Assembly: GCA_003696675.1 (NCBI GenBank)
Contig: RFGH01000074.1
Coordinates: forward strand, 43,170 to 107,169
Source of the DNA: Planctomycetota bacterium
GTDB taxonomy: Bacteria; Planctomycetota; Phycisphaerae; Phycisphaerales; UBA1924
Direction of reading: 5' to 3'
Length of the DNA stretch: 64,000 nt
In this document: positions 1-8,712 of the stretch, piece by piece
Position numbering within the stretch: position 1 is the first letter of the stretch
Layout of the letters: the number at the start of each line of letters is the position of its first letter
Position numbers and translations under genes: made by a program
The notes under the pieces: generated by a model
Told to the model about the DNA's origin: nothing
Seen by the model: the letters and a program-made list of their open reading frames with translations, nothing else
The model's database searches: none

Positions 1-363
1 CGCCGACAGCACCCGGTCCAGTTGGCTCGCCGCGGCGTTGCGGTCGGGGCGGATGAGGACATCGAAGCCCTCCTCACCCGCGGACGCCAGCCCCGCCCTC
101 GCGAGCGATTCCAGCTCGGCCACGGTGACCGGGCGCGAATCGACGAGCGTAAGCCCGTCGCCTGTCAGGTCAACGATCATGGCCGGCTCCTTGGAACGCT
201 CCGCCTGCTCGCCCGGCTGGCGGGGCAGGTCGATGTCTGTCCGACGGAGATCACCGAACTTGGATGTGAGCATGAAGAAGATAATGAGCTGCAGCACGAC
301 ATCGATCATCGGTGTCAGGTCCACTGCGATCAGGTGCCGGGCTGAACGGTCCGTCCGTAGCAT
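1..363 (-). CDS. exbD: ExbD/TolR-family biopolymer transport protein (3' end runs off the left edge)
   Basis: Absent from the ORF track because it has no stop in the window. My minus-strand translation from ATG 361-363 gives MLRTDRSARHLIAVDLTPMIDVVLQLIIFFMLTSKFGDL... The LTPMIDVV-LLIFFM helix is the ExbD/TolR hallmark. The ATG overlaps the exbB stop (ATGA). Confidence 0.85.
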   Translation of the reverse strand, partial: MLRTDRSARHLIAVDLTPMIDVVLQLIIFFMLTSKFGDLRRTDIDLPRQPGEQAERSKEPAMIVDLTGDGLTLVDSRPVTVAELESLARAGLASAGEEGFDVLIRPDRNAAASQLDRVLSA

Positions 364-1058
364 CAGGCGTTGGTCTCCGACGCGTTTGCTTCCAGAGGAG
401 CGATCATCGCGTCGACCGTCTCACCGATCTCGCTGGTCAGATGGTCGATCCGATTGCGGAGATAGGTGTACGCGGCCGTGCACGGGATGGCGACGATCAG
501 GCCGAGGACCGTCGTGATGAGCGCTTGTGAGATGCTGCCCGCGAGCTGATCGGGGCGCGCCGGACCTTCCGCCAGCATAATCGCGTCGAACGCGCCGACC
601 ATGCCGATGACGGTGCCCAGCAGGCCGAGCATGGGCGCGACCGACGCCACCAACCCCACTCCGTCCGTCAGACGGTAGAGGCGATCGATCTCTGCACGAC
701 CAGCGTCCTCGACCGCGGTTCGCAGCTCCAACATGCCGAACGGAGAACGCGTCGACCGCGCCAGCGCGGTGCCCAGCACCCGGGAAAGAAAACTCGGCTT
801 CGGTTCAGCGTTGCAGCGCGCGATGGCCGCCTCGGGGTCGCCCGAGGACAGCAGCCGGGCCAGATCCTCGGCGAGCTGCGGCGGTGCGAGGCGATCCCGC
901 CGGATCCGCAGCAACTGAGCGACGATCATGCCCAGCGCCACGAAAGAGATCAGCACGATGATCATGCCGATCGGTCCGCCGCGAAGCACATAGTCCAGCA
1001 GCGATCGCTGCATGTCCGCTTGGGCAAGCACAAGGACGGGCAGGCCGTGATCCGTCAT
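363..1058 (-). CDS. exbB: MotA/TolQ/ExbB proton-channel protein
   Basis: 231 aa with three hydrophobic helices. The C-terminal PMLGLLGTVIGMVGAF motif is typical of ExbB/TolQ. It is followed directly by exbD. Confidence 0.9.
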   Translation of the reverse strand: MTDHGLPVLVLAQADMQRSLLDYVLRGGPIGMIIVLISFVALGMIVAQLLRIRRDRLAPPQLAEDLARLLSSGDPEAAIARCNAEPKPSFLSRVLGTALARSTRSPFGMLELRTAVEDAGRAEIDRLYRLTDGVGLVASVAPMLGLLGTVIGMVGAFDAIMLAEGPARPDQLAGSISQALITTVLGLIVAIPCTAAYTYLRNRIDHLTSEIGETVDAMIAPLEANASETNA

Positions 1059-2134
1059 GGGGACTCCTCGTCCGGCATGGGTGTGCCGGTTTGTGTTTCC
1101 TCGTCCGGTCGTTCAACACGCCACGGCGCCAGACCGAGCAGGGCGGCCCGGTCCATGGACCGGACGGCTGCCTCGTATTCCGGGCGCCCGGTCGCCACAA
1201 AGTAGTCGATCAGCAGGTCCCGCGCGAGTTCGCTCAGGCCCGGTGCGGTGTGTTGGTGCTCGATGACGACCGTCACCAGCCTCGACGCGCCGGCGTCGCG
1301 GGTCTGCGGATCGGTCTCGCGCATCATCGATAGCCCGATGCCGAGGTGGATCCACGCGGTCTCCCAGGCCGGACCTCCGGCCCGCAGCCTTCTGAGCAAC
1401 GCTTCGCGCGCCGCCTCGCGTGCCGCTGGCTCGGCTTCGGTCCCAGCCCGGGTGATATCGAGCACCAGCCTGAGCCCCGCATCGGAGCGCTGCCGAGCGG
1501 TCAGCTCGGGCAGTACCGCCGCCTTGCCCGCCGAAACCGACGCGGCGGCAAGATACAGCGCACGCAGCCCGCCGACGGGTGTGTCACCCTCGGCGGCACC
1601 CATCTCCAGAATGGATGCCGATTCTTCGGGCCGGAATATGGGCGGCAGCGCGGTGCACAGGCCCGTGGCCGAATCGATCCAATACGAATCGCCGCTCACG
1701 CTGTTCGATCGCGCCGCCAGCCAGGCCCGGACAGCGCCGGGGCGATCGCCCCCGAGAAGCCGGGTGGCCGTCAGCACCCCCGCGATCGTGCCGCTCGTCG
1801 GCCCCTGCTCGTTGAGATACATGCCCGAGATCGGCTCGAGAACAGCCCCCGCCCCGGCCGCGTCCCCCCGATCCAGGCGCACCGTGGCACGCCAGACCGC
1901 GTCTGCAACGGGTCGGTAGCGCTCCGCATCGCCCCACCCGCCCTCGATCGAGCGCACTTCGGCCCAGGGCACGAGCGAGCGATCGCTGATCGAGCCTGGA
2001 TCGAAACCGATGGCCAGTTCGACGCCCTGCGCCGTGAATGCCCTCACCCGCTCACGCTCGATCGACCCACCATCGCGCAGGCTGATCGGCCCGGCGAGCA
2101 CGATGGCCGACAAGACCCAGCAGGCGGAGATCAC
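1055..2134 (-). CDS. Hypothetical secreted or anchored protein, no family recognised
   Basis: 359 aa with a hydrophobic N-terminus (MISACWVLSAIVLAGP) and an Ala/Arg/Leu-rich helical-looking body. It has 4-nt overlaps with both neighbours (GTGA upstream, ATGA downstream). Third codon positions are G/C-rich like the neighbours. Confidence 0.65.
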   Translation of the reverse strand: MISACWVLSAIVLAGPISLRDGGSIERERVRAFTAQGVELAIGFDPGSISDRSLVPWAEVRSIEGGWGDAERYRPVADAVWRATVRLDRGDAAGAGAVLEPISGMYLNEQGPTSGTIAGVLTATRLLGGDRPGAVRAWLAARSNSVSGDSYWIDSATGLCTALPPIFRPEESASILEMGAAEGDTPVGGLRALYLAAASVSAGKAAVLPELTARQRSDAGLRLVLDITRAGTEAEPAAREAAREALLRRLRAGGPAWETAWIHLGIGLSMMRETDPQTRDAGASRLVTVVIEHQHTAPGLSELARDLLIDYFVATGRPEYEAAVRSMDRAALLGLAPWRVERPDEETQTGTPMPDEESP

Positions 2135-3129
2135 GGGCGACCGTCCTTGATGTGGGTAAAACGACCGCCCGATTGGCGTGCGATGTTCCGCATCAGCGCC
2201 TCGACCCGTTCACGCGCATCGTCGCTGCCCGCGTCTCCGAACAGGATGCAGTGGATCGGGATGCGATCGCCACGGTTCAGATCGCGCACGAACGCCGAGA
2301 AGCCGGCGGGGTCGCTGACCTCGCCGTCGGTCATGTAATAGATCGCGTCCGGCTTGGGCTCGAGCCTGAACACGGCATCAAACGCGGGAACGGGGTTGGT
2401 GGCCCCGTTGGGATCGGTCCCCGCCAGCCCGTCGGATGCCAGTCGCTTGTTCGCCGGAGACGCAGGCATCCACTCGTTCGTCCCAAATAGCGAGCGGCTT
2501 CCCGAAGAGTACAACTGGACATGGAACGACGCGTTCGGCTCGAGCGTCCGAAGGGACCGAACCAGCTCGTTGCGTGTCAGATCCCACCGCGAGAGCGTCG
2601 AGTTGCCCGTCGAATGCATCGACGAGGACACATCGACGATGTAGGCAAACCGTGTGCCCTTGGCCTCGAGCCCGAAGAAGCTCGCCCCGCCACCCGACCC
2701 CGCGCCGGCCGAACCGGTCGAATCATCGATCGAAGTCAGCGACCCGCCCCCCGGATCCAGTGACGGGGCGATCGACTCGGAAAGGTCGTCGATCGACCGC
2801 TCTTGCCCGGACTCGCTGAGCAGGTTGAGATCCATGTTCGACAGCGTGTTTGTTGTGTCCACAATCTCCCGCGGCTCGGTGATGAGCGAGCTGGCGTCCT
2901 GGGCCAGCGTCGCGTTGTCGAGCAGGGCGAACTCGACCCCCTCGGTCTGCCCGGTGCCCCCGGCATCCGCGAAGTTGAACTGAACGGAGATGAGCGAGGC
3001 GATCAGCACGACGATCAGATGGATCAGGGCCGAGCCGATCAGCCCGTACAGGGTCACCCGCTCGATCCATCTCCGGCGTGTCGATCGGTCGCTCGGCCTG
3101 ATCTGGATGGGTGCGTCTCGGTCGGGCAT
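2131..3129 (-). CDS. Membrane-anchored von Willebrand factor A (vWA) domain protein with a TonB/TolA-like SHLS-type TM signature
   Basis: 332 aa. The N-terminus is basic (RRRW) and is followed by one TM helix, GSALIHLIVVLIASLIS, with S33-H37-A44-S48 at the same 4-7-4 spacing as TonB S16-H20-L27-S31. An acidic Ser/Gly linker follows. The vWA domain has the MIDAS motif DVSSS, then YYMTDGE and IHCILFG. Confidence 0.8.
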   Translation of the reverse strand: MPDRDAPIQIRPSDRSTRRRWIERVTLYGLIGSALIHLIVVLIASLISVQFNFADAGGTGQTEGVEFALLDNATLAQDASSLITEPREIVDTTNTLSNMDLNLLSESGQERSIDDLSESIAPSLDPGGGSLTSIDDSTGSAGAGSGGGASFFGLEAKGTRFAYIVDVSSSMHSTGNSTLSRWDLTRNELVRSLRTLEPNASFHVQLYSSGSRSLFGTNEWMPASPANKRLASDGLAGTDPNGATNPVPAFDAVFRLEPKPDAIYYMTDGEVSDPAGFSAFVRDLNRGDRIPIHCILFGDAGSDDARERVEALMRNIARQSGGRFTHIKDGRP

Positions 3130-3228
3130 GATGCTTCAGGGGGCGGATAAAGGGGATGATCGGCCCGCGACGCCCGAGCGGTCCAAACCCGGCGTGCGAA
3201 GCCCGATTCGAGGCTCGGGGCTTGTCGG

Positions 3229-3257
3229 TTGACCCTTCCCCCTAGAAAGGGTTGAAT
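3229..3257 (+). promoter_or_regulatory. Candidate sigma-70 promoter for pyrH-frr
   Basis: TTGACC (3229-3234), a 17-nt spacer, then TTGAAT (3252-3257), about 35 nt upstream of the pyrH ATG. GGAGAA lies 9 nt before the ATG. Confidence 0.4.
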
Positions 3258-3291
3258 CGCTCCGCCCCACCGACCCGGAGAACAGACCGCC

Positions 3292-4032
3292 ATGACCGAC
3301 CAGCCACGCCGCCCGAAACCGAAGCGCGTCCTTCTCAAACTCTCGGGCGAGGCGTTCTGCAAGCCGGGCGGGTTCGGCATCGACACCGCCGAACTGGCGT
3401 TGATCGCCGAAGAGGTCAAGGCCGCTGCCTCTGCGGGAGCCCAGGTCGCGGTGGTCGTAGGCGGAGGGAACATTATCCGGGGGGCGGAACTGGCCAAGTC
3501 CGGGGCCATCCAGCAATCCACTGCGGACTACATGGGCATGCTGGGTACCGTGATGAACGGGGTGGCCCTGCGGGAGAAGCTGGTCCAGATCGGGACCGAC
3601 TCCCGGGTGATGAGCGCCCTTGATATCCGCGCCCTGGCCGAGCCGTTCATCCGGAATCGGGCGATCCGCCACCTCGAAAAGGGCCGAGTGGTCATCCTCG
3701 CCGCGGGAACCGGGAACCCTTTCTTCACGACTGACACCTGCGCCGCCTTGCGGGCGACCGAGCTTCAGTGCGATGTCCTGCTCAAGGCCACCAAGGTCGA
3801 CGGCGTCTACGACGCCGACCCCAAAGACAACCCCGACGCGGTCCGCTACGACCGCCTGACCTTCGCCGAAGCACTCTCTAAGCAACTGCGGATCATGGAC
3901 ATGACAGCCCTGGCCATGTGTCAGGAGCAGAACATCCCGGTGCTGGTCTTCGACTTCAAGCGGGCCGGAAACATCCGTCGCGTGATCGAGGGCGACCCGA
4001 TCGGTACGCTCGTCACGCGGGATCCGGGCTGA
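3292..4032 (+). CDS. pyrH: UMP kinase
   Basis: 246 aa. KRVLLKLSGEAF...VVVGGGNIIRG...FTTDT motifs match the amino-acid kinase family. It is followed by frr, as in many bacteria. Confidence 0.95.
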   Translation: MTDQPRRPKPKRVLLKLSGEAFCKPGGFGIDTAELALIAEEVKAAASAGAQVAVVVGGGNIIRGAELAKSGAIQQSTADYMGMLGTVMNGVALREKLVQIGTDSRVMSALDIRALAEPFIRNRAIRHLEKGRVVILAAGTGNPFFTTDTCAALRATELQCDVLLKATKVDGVYDADPKDNPDAVRYDRLTFAEALSKQLRIMDMTALAMCQEQNIPVLVFDFKRAGNIRRVIEGDPIGTLVTRDPG

Positions 4033-4108
4033 TTCTCCGCCCCGACCCTTCCCCAAACCCGGTGCGTATCATCACCACCCCGCCCCGCGGGCACGATGGA
4101 GCACGACC

Positions 4109-4678
4109 ATGACGACCGATCCAGACACCATCCTCCTCGAAGCAGAAGAGTCGATGCAGCGAGCCGTCGACTACCTCTCCAGCGAACTGCGCGGACTCCG
4201 GGCCGGCCGGGCCTCGACCGCCATGGTCGAGTTTGTCAAGTGCGATTGCTATGGCTCGCCCACCGACCTCAAGGCCTTGGCCGCCATCTCGGTGCCCGAA
4301 CCGACCCAGATTCTGATCAAGCCGTTCGATCCCGGCACCATCGGTGCCATCAAGCAGGGCATCGAGGCCGCGAATCTCGGTGTCAACCCGATGGTTGAGG
4401 ACAAGTCGATCCGCATCATGCTCCCCGCGATGTCCGCCCAGCGGCGGGATCAGCTCGTTTCGCAGGCCAAGAAAGTCGGCGAGGAGCAGAAGGTCGTCAT
4501 GCGCAATGCCCGACGCGACGCCAACAAGGCCGCGGATGCGCTCAAAAACGCCCAGCCCCCGGTCTCTGAGGACGAGATCAAGCAACTCCACGAAGAGATC
4601 CAAGACCTCCTCAAGCGATATGAGGCCAAGATCGACGAGGCGGTCGCCAAGAAAATCGCAGAGATCCGAGAGATCTGA
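4109..4678 (+). CDS. frr: Ribosome recycling factor
   Basis: 189 aa. LRAGRAST-MVE..V..YG..T.L..LA.ISVPE...ILIKPFD and RNARRDANK are typical of RRF. Confidence 0.95.
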   Translation: MTTDPDTILLEAEESMQRAVDYLSSELRGLRAGRASTAMVEFVKCDCYGSPTDLKALAAISVPEPTQILIKPFDPGTIGAIKQGIEAANLGVNPMVEDKSIRIMLPAMSAQRRDQLVSQAKKVGEEQKVVMRNARRDANKAADALKNAQPPVSEDEIKQLHEEIQDLLKRYEAKIDEAVAKKIAEIREI

Positions 4679-4695
4679 GCCCCGGCGAACACTGT

Positions 4696-4732
4696 ATGAA
4701 AAGAAGGCCCGTCCATCCGGACGGGCCTTCTG
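4696..4732. terminator. Bidirectional stem-loop between convergent frr and sppA
   Basis: 13-bp stem AGAAGGCCCGTCC / GGACGGGCCTTCT with a 4-nt loop. On the minus (sppA) strand it is followed by TTTTC. On the plus strand the T-tract is weak. Confidence 0.75.
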
Positions 4733-4752
4733 CGTAGATAGCGGCGTGCAAA

Positions 4753-6549
4753 CTAGCGCACCAGAATCGCGCGAGGATTGATCAGCAACACCGGCTCATT
4801 CTGCAGCAGCATGATGCCATTGAGAGTATCAACCATCGACTCATACCGGGCGTCACCGATAAGGCCCTTGAGCACCTGGCCGACCGAACCGGGCAACGAC
4901 ATACCGGGAGCACTCACCATGCCACCGAGCATGCCCTCAAGCACATCTTCCAAACTGGGCGGGGCCGGATAGTGGACCACATCAAAGTCGCTCAGACCGA
5001 GCGTACTCGCAAGCTCGTTCACGGCATCGTCCAGGCCACCAATCGCATCGGCCATGTTCAGTTCGACCGCATCGGAACCAACGAAAAGCCGTCCCTCGGC
5101 CGTCTTGGACAGATCGATCCCCGGTCGCCCCGCCAACACCCGGGATGTGAAAAGGTCATAGGTCTTCGCCATCCGCTCACGGACGGCCGCCAGCTCCGAC
5201 GCGTCCCACGCTTCGGCGGAACCGAAGAGCCCCGCCATCGGGCCACGAGCACGCTCCACGATGTTGATGTGAGCCTTCTCATACAGATCGGCCATTGAGT
5301 ACTTCCCGCCCACCACGCCGATCGAACCGACGATCGAAGACGGGTTCACGAACACCTTCTCCCCGGCGGACAGCACATAGAAACCGCCCGAAGCGGCCAT
5401 ACCGCCGACCGAGACCCAGACCGGCTTCTCCGCCCGCAGCCGGGTGATGCCCTGCCACATGATCTCGGATGCGATGGCCGACCCGCCGGGCGAATCAACC
5501 CGGACAATCACACCCTTGATCAGCGGCTCCTTGAGAATCTCCTCGATCGCGTTGCGGATGGTGCGGGACCCAACGCTCGAACCGCCGCCGAAAAAACCGC
5601 CCGATGACGAGTCACCGTCGATGATCGTGCCGTTGATGTGCAGCACCGCGACCGTTGGGTGATCAACGGTGATCTTGCTCGGCTTGCCGATCTGCGCGAA
5701 GAGCGCAAAGGGATTCGAAAAGTCCGGACCGGCCTGACGCACGGCGTATGGATCCTTGACCCAGGTCACCGCACCGCCGTAGACACCCTGGAGATACTCG
5801 GGAAGATCGGGCAGATCAACCTGGGCATCGATCAGCCCGGACTCCACGGCCTCGTCACCCGTCGCCATCCACGCGACCCGCATCGCTTCGTCCAGCTCCG
5901 CGTCGGTCATCCCACGCCCGGTCCTCATCACCGTCCGCATGTTCTCGTATATCGAGTCCAGCAGCGATGAGATGTTCTCATCCCACTGGGGCGATGGCGT
6001 CGACCGGGTCATCTGCTCGTTGGCGCCTTTGTAATCACCCACCTGCACCAACTGCGCCTTCACGCCGACCCAGTCGAGCGTGTCGGCCAGATACATCTCT
6101 TCCATATACAGCCCGGGGAAGCTGACCGCCCCGCCCGTCTGAATGATCGCCTGATCAGCCTGAGCACCGAGCAGCAGGTCCGTGGTGCCGTAGCCCTCCG
6201 CGAACACATCCACACGCTTCCCGGCCTCGCGGAGTCGGCGGATCGCCGAGCCAAGTTCCTCGACCTGGGTCATCCCGAGCTGCGCGTCCTTGAGCCGGAT
6301 CAGCACGCCGGAAAACTCGTCATCCACCGCGATGGTGTCCAGGGTTTCGACCAATCCGAGCAGCGTCTGACCGCCGTCACCCAACCATGTGAACCCGGAC
6401 TCCATCTCGGCCGGGCTGCCCTCGATCTCGATCACCGCCACCGAAGGGGCCTGTCCGCCCAAAGCGGGCAGTGTGGCGGTCCCGAGCAGCGTGAGCACGC
6501 CACGGGTCATCACCTTGCCAAAGTTCGTCGTCAGGGTCCGTCCCAGCAT
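4753..6549 (-). CDS. sppA: Signal peptide peptidase SppA, long (two-domain, 67K) type
   Basis: 598 aa with two ClpP/crotonase-like halves. VDSPGGSAIASE and GGMAASGGFYV motifs are present, and the N-terminus is hydrophobic. Confidence 0.9.
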   Translation of the reverse strand: MLGRTLTTNFGKVMTRGVLTLLGTATLPALGGQAPSVAVIEIEGSPAEMESGFTWLGDGGQTLLGLVETLDTIAVDDEFSGVLIRLKDAQLGMTQVEELGSAIRRLREAGKRVDVFAEGYGTTDLLLGAQADQAIIQTGGAVSFPGLYMEEMYLADTLDWVGVKAQLVQVGDYKGANEQMTRSTPSPQWDENISSLLDSIYENMRTVMRTGRGMTDAELDEAMRVAWMATGDEAVESGLIDAQVDLPDLPEYLQGVYGGAVTWVKDPYAVRQAGPDFSNPFALFAQIGKPSKITVDHPTVAVLHINGTIIDGDSSSGGFFGGGSSVGSRTIRNAIEEILKEPLIKGVIVRVDSPGGSAIASEIMWQGITRLRAEKPVWVSVGGMAASGGFYVLSAGEKVFVNPSSIVGSIGVVGGKYSMADLYEKAHINIVERARGPMAGLFGSAEAWDASELAAVRERMAKTYDLFTSRVLAGRPGIDLSKTAEGRLFVGSDAVELNMADAIGGLDDAVNELASTLGLSDFDVVHYPAPPSLEDVLEGMLGGMVSAPGMSLPGSVGQVLKGLIGDARYESMVDTLNGIMLLQNEPVLLINPRAILVR

Positions 6550-6643
6550 GCGCGCACCTCCTCCCGCGAAACCCGCGGGCTCGTCCCATTCTATGGGATC
6601 CGCCCCCCCGGGGTTTCACCCGCCCTGGCACGCACACCGCGAA

Positions 6644-7606
6644 TCAGCCGGAACCGATCCGACGGTCCCGGTCTTCGTTGGCCTCGAGCACATCCACAAG
6701 CCCCACCCCGGGGCGAACAATCACCGGCCAGAGACGCCAAACATCCACACCGATGTTGGTCACGCCCACCACCACCAGCACCGATCCCACCGCCACGAAC
6801 ACCATCGCGATGGTCGCCAAGAGATCGCTCACACCCCCCGAAGCGCTCGCCGAGATCACATGCAGCACATCGCCAACACCCGCCACGGCGAAGCTGGCCA
6901 ACAAGGCCAGCATCGACTGGCGATCGGCCCGACCCGTCCGCACGATCACCGATCGTGCCGACAGCATCCTCGCCGACGGACGAAGACACAGAATCGCGAC
7001 CCCGACGCAGGCCAGCATTCCCAGCCGGAACGCAGCGCGTGAGAACTCGTTCGTCCCCGGATTGAGAAACGGCGACGGCGAGGCCGAATCGAACTTTGCA
7101 TAAATCGCGTGATACAAGAACGCGAGCGGGACATACGCCGCCACCCCCACCGCCGACAGCAACGCCGCCCCCCGTGTCGCTCCGCGGTGCGGACGGATCA
7201 GCGTCGTCGCGCCCAGACCGGACAATACAACACCAGTCAACCCCAGCATCGAAGCCCAGGTGGGCCAGAACGACGAGCCGAGCACCTCGCGTGCTACCTC
7301 CGCCGCCCGCATCAGCACCACCGACATCACCGCCACCCACGCACCCCCGGCCCACAGCCCCAGCCCGACAGCGGAAACGAGGGGCCGGGTCAGCGGCTCG
7401 AGCTCGTGCGCCCGTGGATCGATCACGCCGAGGATCGTCGCACGCACCGGCAACCCGCACTCGGGGCACGGATCACGGATCGAAAGCCCGCGCAGGTTAT
7501 ACCCGCACCCGATGCACAGCAGATCGCCGGTGAGCCGACGCGCGATCTCCACCGCATCGGTCGAAACGGACACACGCGCCGGGTTGGAACTGTCCTTCTG
7601 CTCCAT
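6644..7606 (-). CDS. Polytopic membrane protein with an N-terminal zinc ribbon
   Basis: CIGCGYNLRGLSIRDPCPECG is followed by about 6 hydrophobic helices. The track ORF extends to 7777, but that extension overlaps the MoxR start. I chose the ATG (MEQKD...) at 7606. The start is uncertain. Confidence 0.65.
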   Translation of the reverse strand: MEQKDSSNPARVSVSTDAVEIARRLTGDLLCIGCGYNLRGLSIRDPCPECGLPVRATILGVIDPRAHELEPLTRPLVSAVGLGLWAGGAWVAVMSVVLMRAAEVAREVLGSSFWPTWASMLGLTGVVLSGLGATTLIRPHRGATRGAALLSAVGVAAYVPLAFLYHAIYAKFDSASPSPFLNPGTNEFSRAAFRLGMLACVGVAILCLRPSARMLSARSVIVRTGRADRQSMLALLASFAVAGVGDVLHVISASASGGVSDLLATIAMVFVAVGSVLVVVGVTNIGVDVWRLWPVIVRPGVGLVDVLEANEDRDRRIGSG

Positions 7607-7697
7607 GATCCGTTGCCGGCTTGTTCGAGACCCCCAGCCGCGGGATGGAAAGCCTACCACACGGAACCGATCTTCGCCCCGCCCGAATGAGGTCTCT

Positions 7698-8693
7698 ATG
7701 AAGCCGGCCGCCGATATACTCCACCCCGCCGCCCGAGAACCGACCGAACGGCCCGCCAGCATGACCAACGAAGCCATCCGAACACTCCGAGACCAGATCG
7801 CCCGCGTCTATCTGGGAGATCCGACCCCGATCGACCGCCTGATCTGCTGCCTGCTGACCCGAGGCCACGCCCTGCTGGAAGATGTCCCCGGGGTAGGCAA
7901 AACCGTCCTGGCATCCGCTCTAGCCCGCTCGATCGATTGCAAGTTCACCCGCGTCCAGCTCACCCCGGACATGCTCCCCGCCGATGTCATCGGGGTCACA
8001 CTCTTCGACCGCGACGGACACGAGCTGCGTTTCCAGAAGGGCCCGCTCTTCACCAACATCCTGCTCGCCGACGAGATCAACCGCACCACGCCCAGGACAC
8101 AGTCCGCGTTGCTTGAAGCGATGAGCGACGGCTCGGTCTCGATCGACGGGCGAACCCACACCCTGCCGGCCCCCTTCATGGTCGTCGCGACCCAGAACCC
8201 TATGGGCTTCGAGGGCACCTATCCCCTCCCCGAGAACCAGCTCGACCGCTTCCTGATGCGAATCACGCTGGGATACCCCGATGCAGACGCCGAGTCACGC
8301 ATGCTTGACCTGCGTCCCGCGAGCACCGTGCTCGATGCGCTCGACGCCACCCTCACCGGTGAAGTGATCGTCGGCATGCAGGACTCCGTCGACCGCATCC
8401 ACCTCAGCGAGCCGGTGCGCGAATACATCGTCCGGCTCGCCCGCGCCACCCGAGCAAGCAACCTGTTCCGGGTCGGTCTCTCACCCCGGGGCTCGCTCGC
8501 CTTGGCGCAGGCCTGCCGCGCCTGGGCCTGGATGGACGGCCGTGACTATGTCGTTCCCGACGATGTGCTCGAACTGCTCGTTCCTGTGTGCGCGCACCGC
8601 GTGATCCCGTCCGACCCACGCGTCCAGACCGATCACGACGCGACCGGCCGACTGCTCAGACAGGCCGCCGAGTCCGTCGATGCGCCCGTCTGA
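7698..8693 (+). CDS. MoxR-family AAA+ ATPase
   Basis: Walker A is GVPGVGKT. LADEINR, TQNPMGFEGTYPLPENQLDRF and the C-terminal lid are typical of MoxR. The track ORF starts at 7260 with a P/S/R-rich non-coding-looking extension. The likely start is ATG 7698, or alternatively 7761. Confidence 0.9.
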   Translation: MKPAADILHPAAREPTERPASMTNEAIRTLRDQIARVYLGDPTPIDRLICCLLTRGHALLEDVPGVGKTVLASALARSIDCKFTRVQLTPDMLPADVIGVTLFDRDGHELRFQKGPLFTNILLADEINRTTPRTQSALLEAMSDGSVSIDGRTHTLPAPFMVVATQNPMGFEGTYPLPENQLDRFLMRITLGYPDADAESRMLDLRPASTVLDALDATLTGEVIVGMQDSVDRIHLSEPVREYIVRLARATRASNLFRVGLSPRGSLALAQACRAWAWMDGRDYVVPDDVLELLVPVCAHRVIPSDPRVQTDHDATGRLLRQAAESVDAPV

Positions 8694-8712
8694 CCGCAGG
8701 TTGAACCCTTGC

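Noticed and set aside
6626-6640. Second sigma-54-like string, TGGCACgcacaCCGC, on the plus strand
   Set aside because: The -12 element is wrong (CCGC instead of TTGC). It points into the 3' end of a minus-strand gene, with no plus-strand gene downstream.
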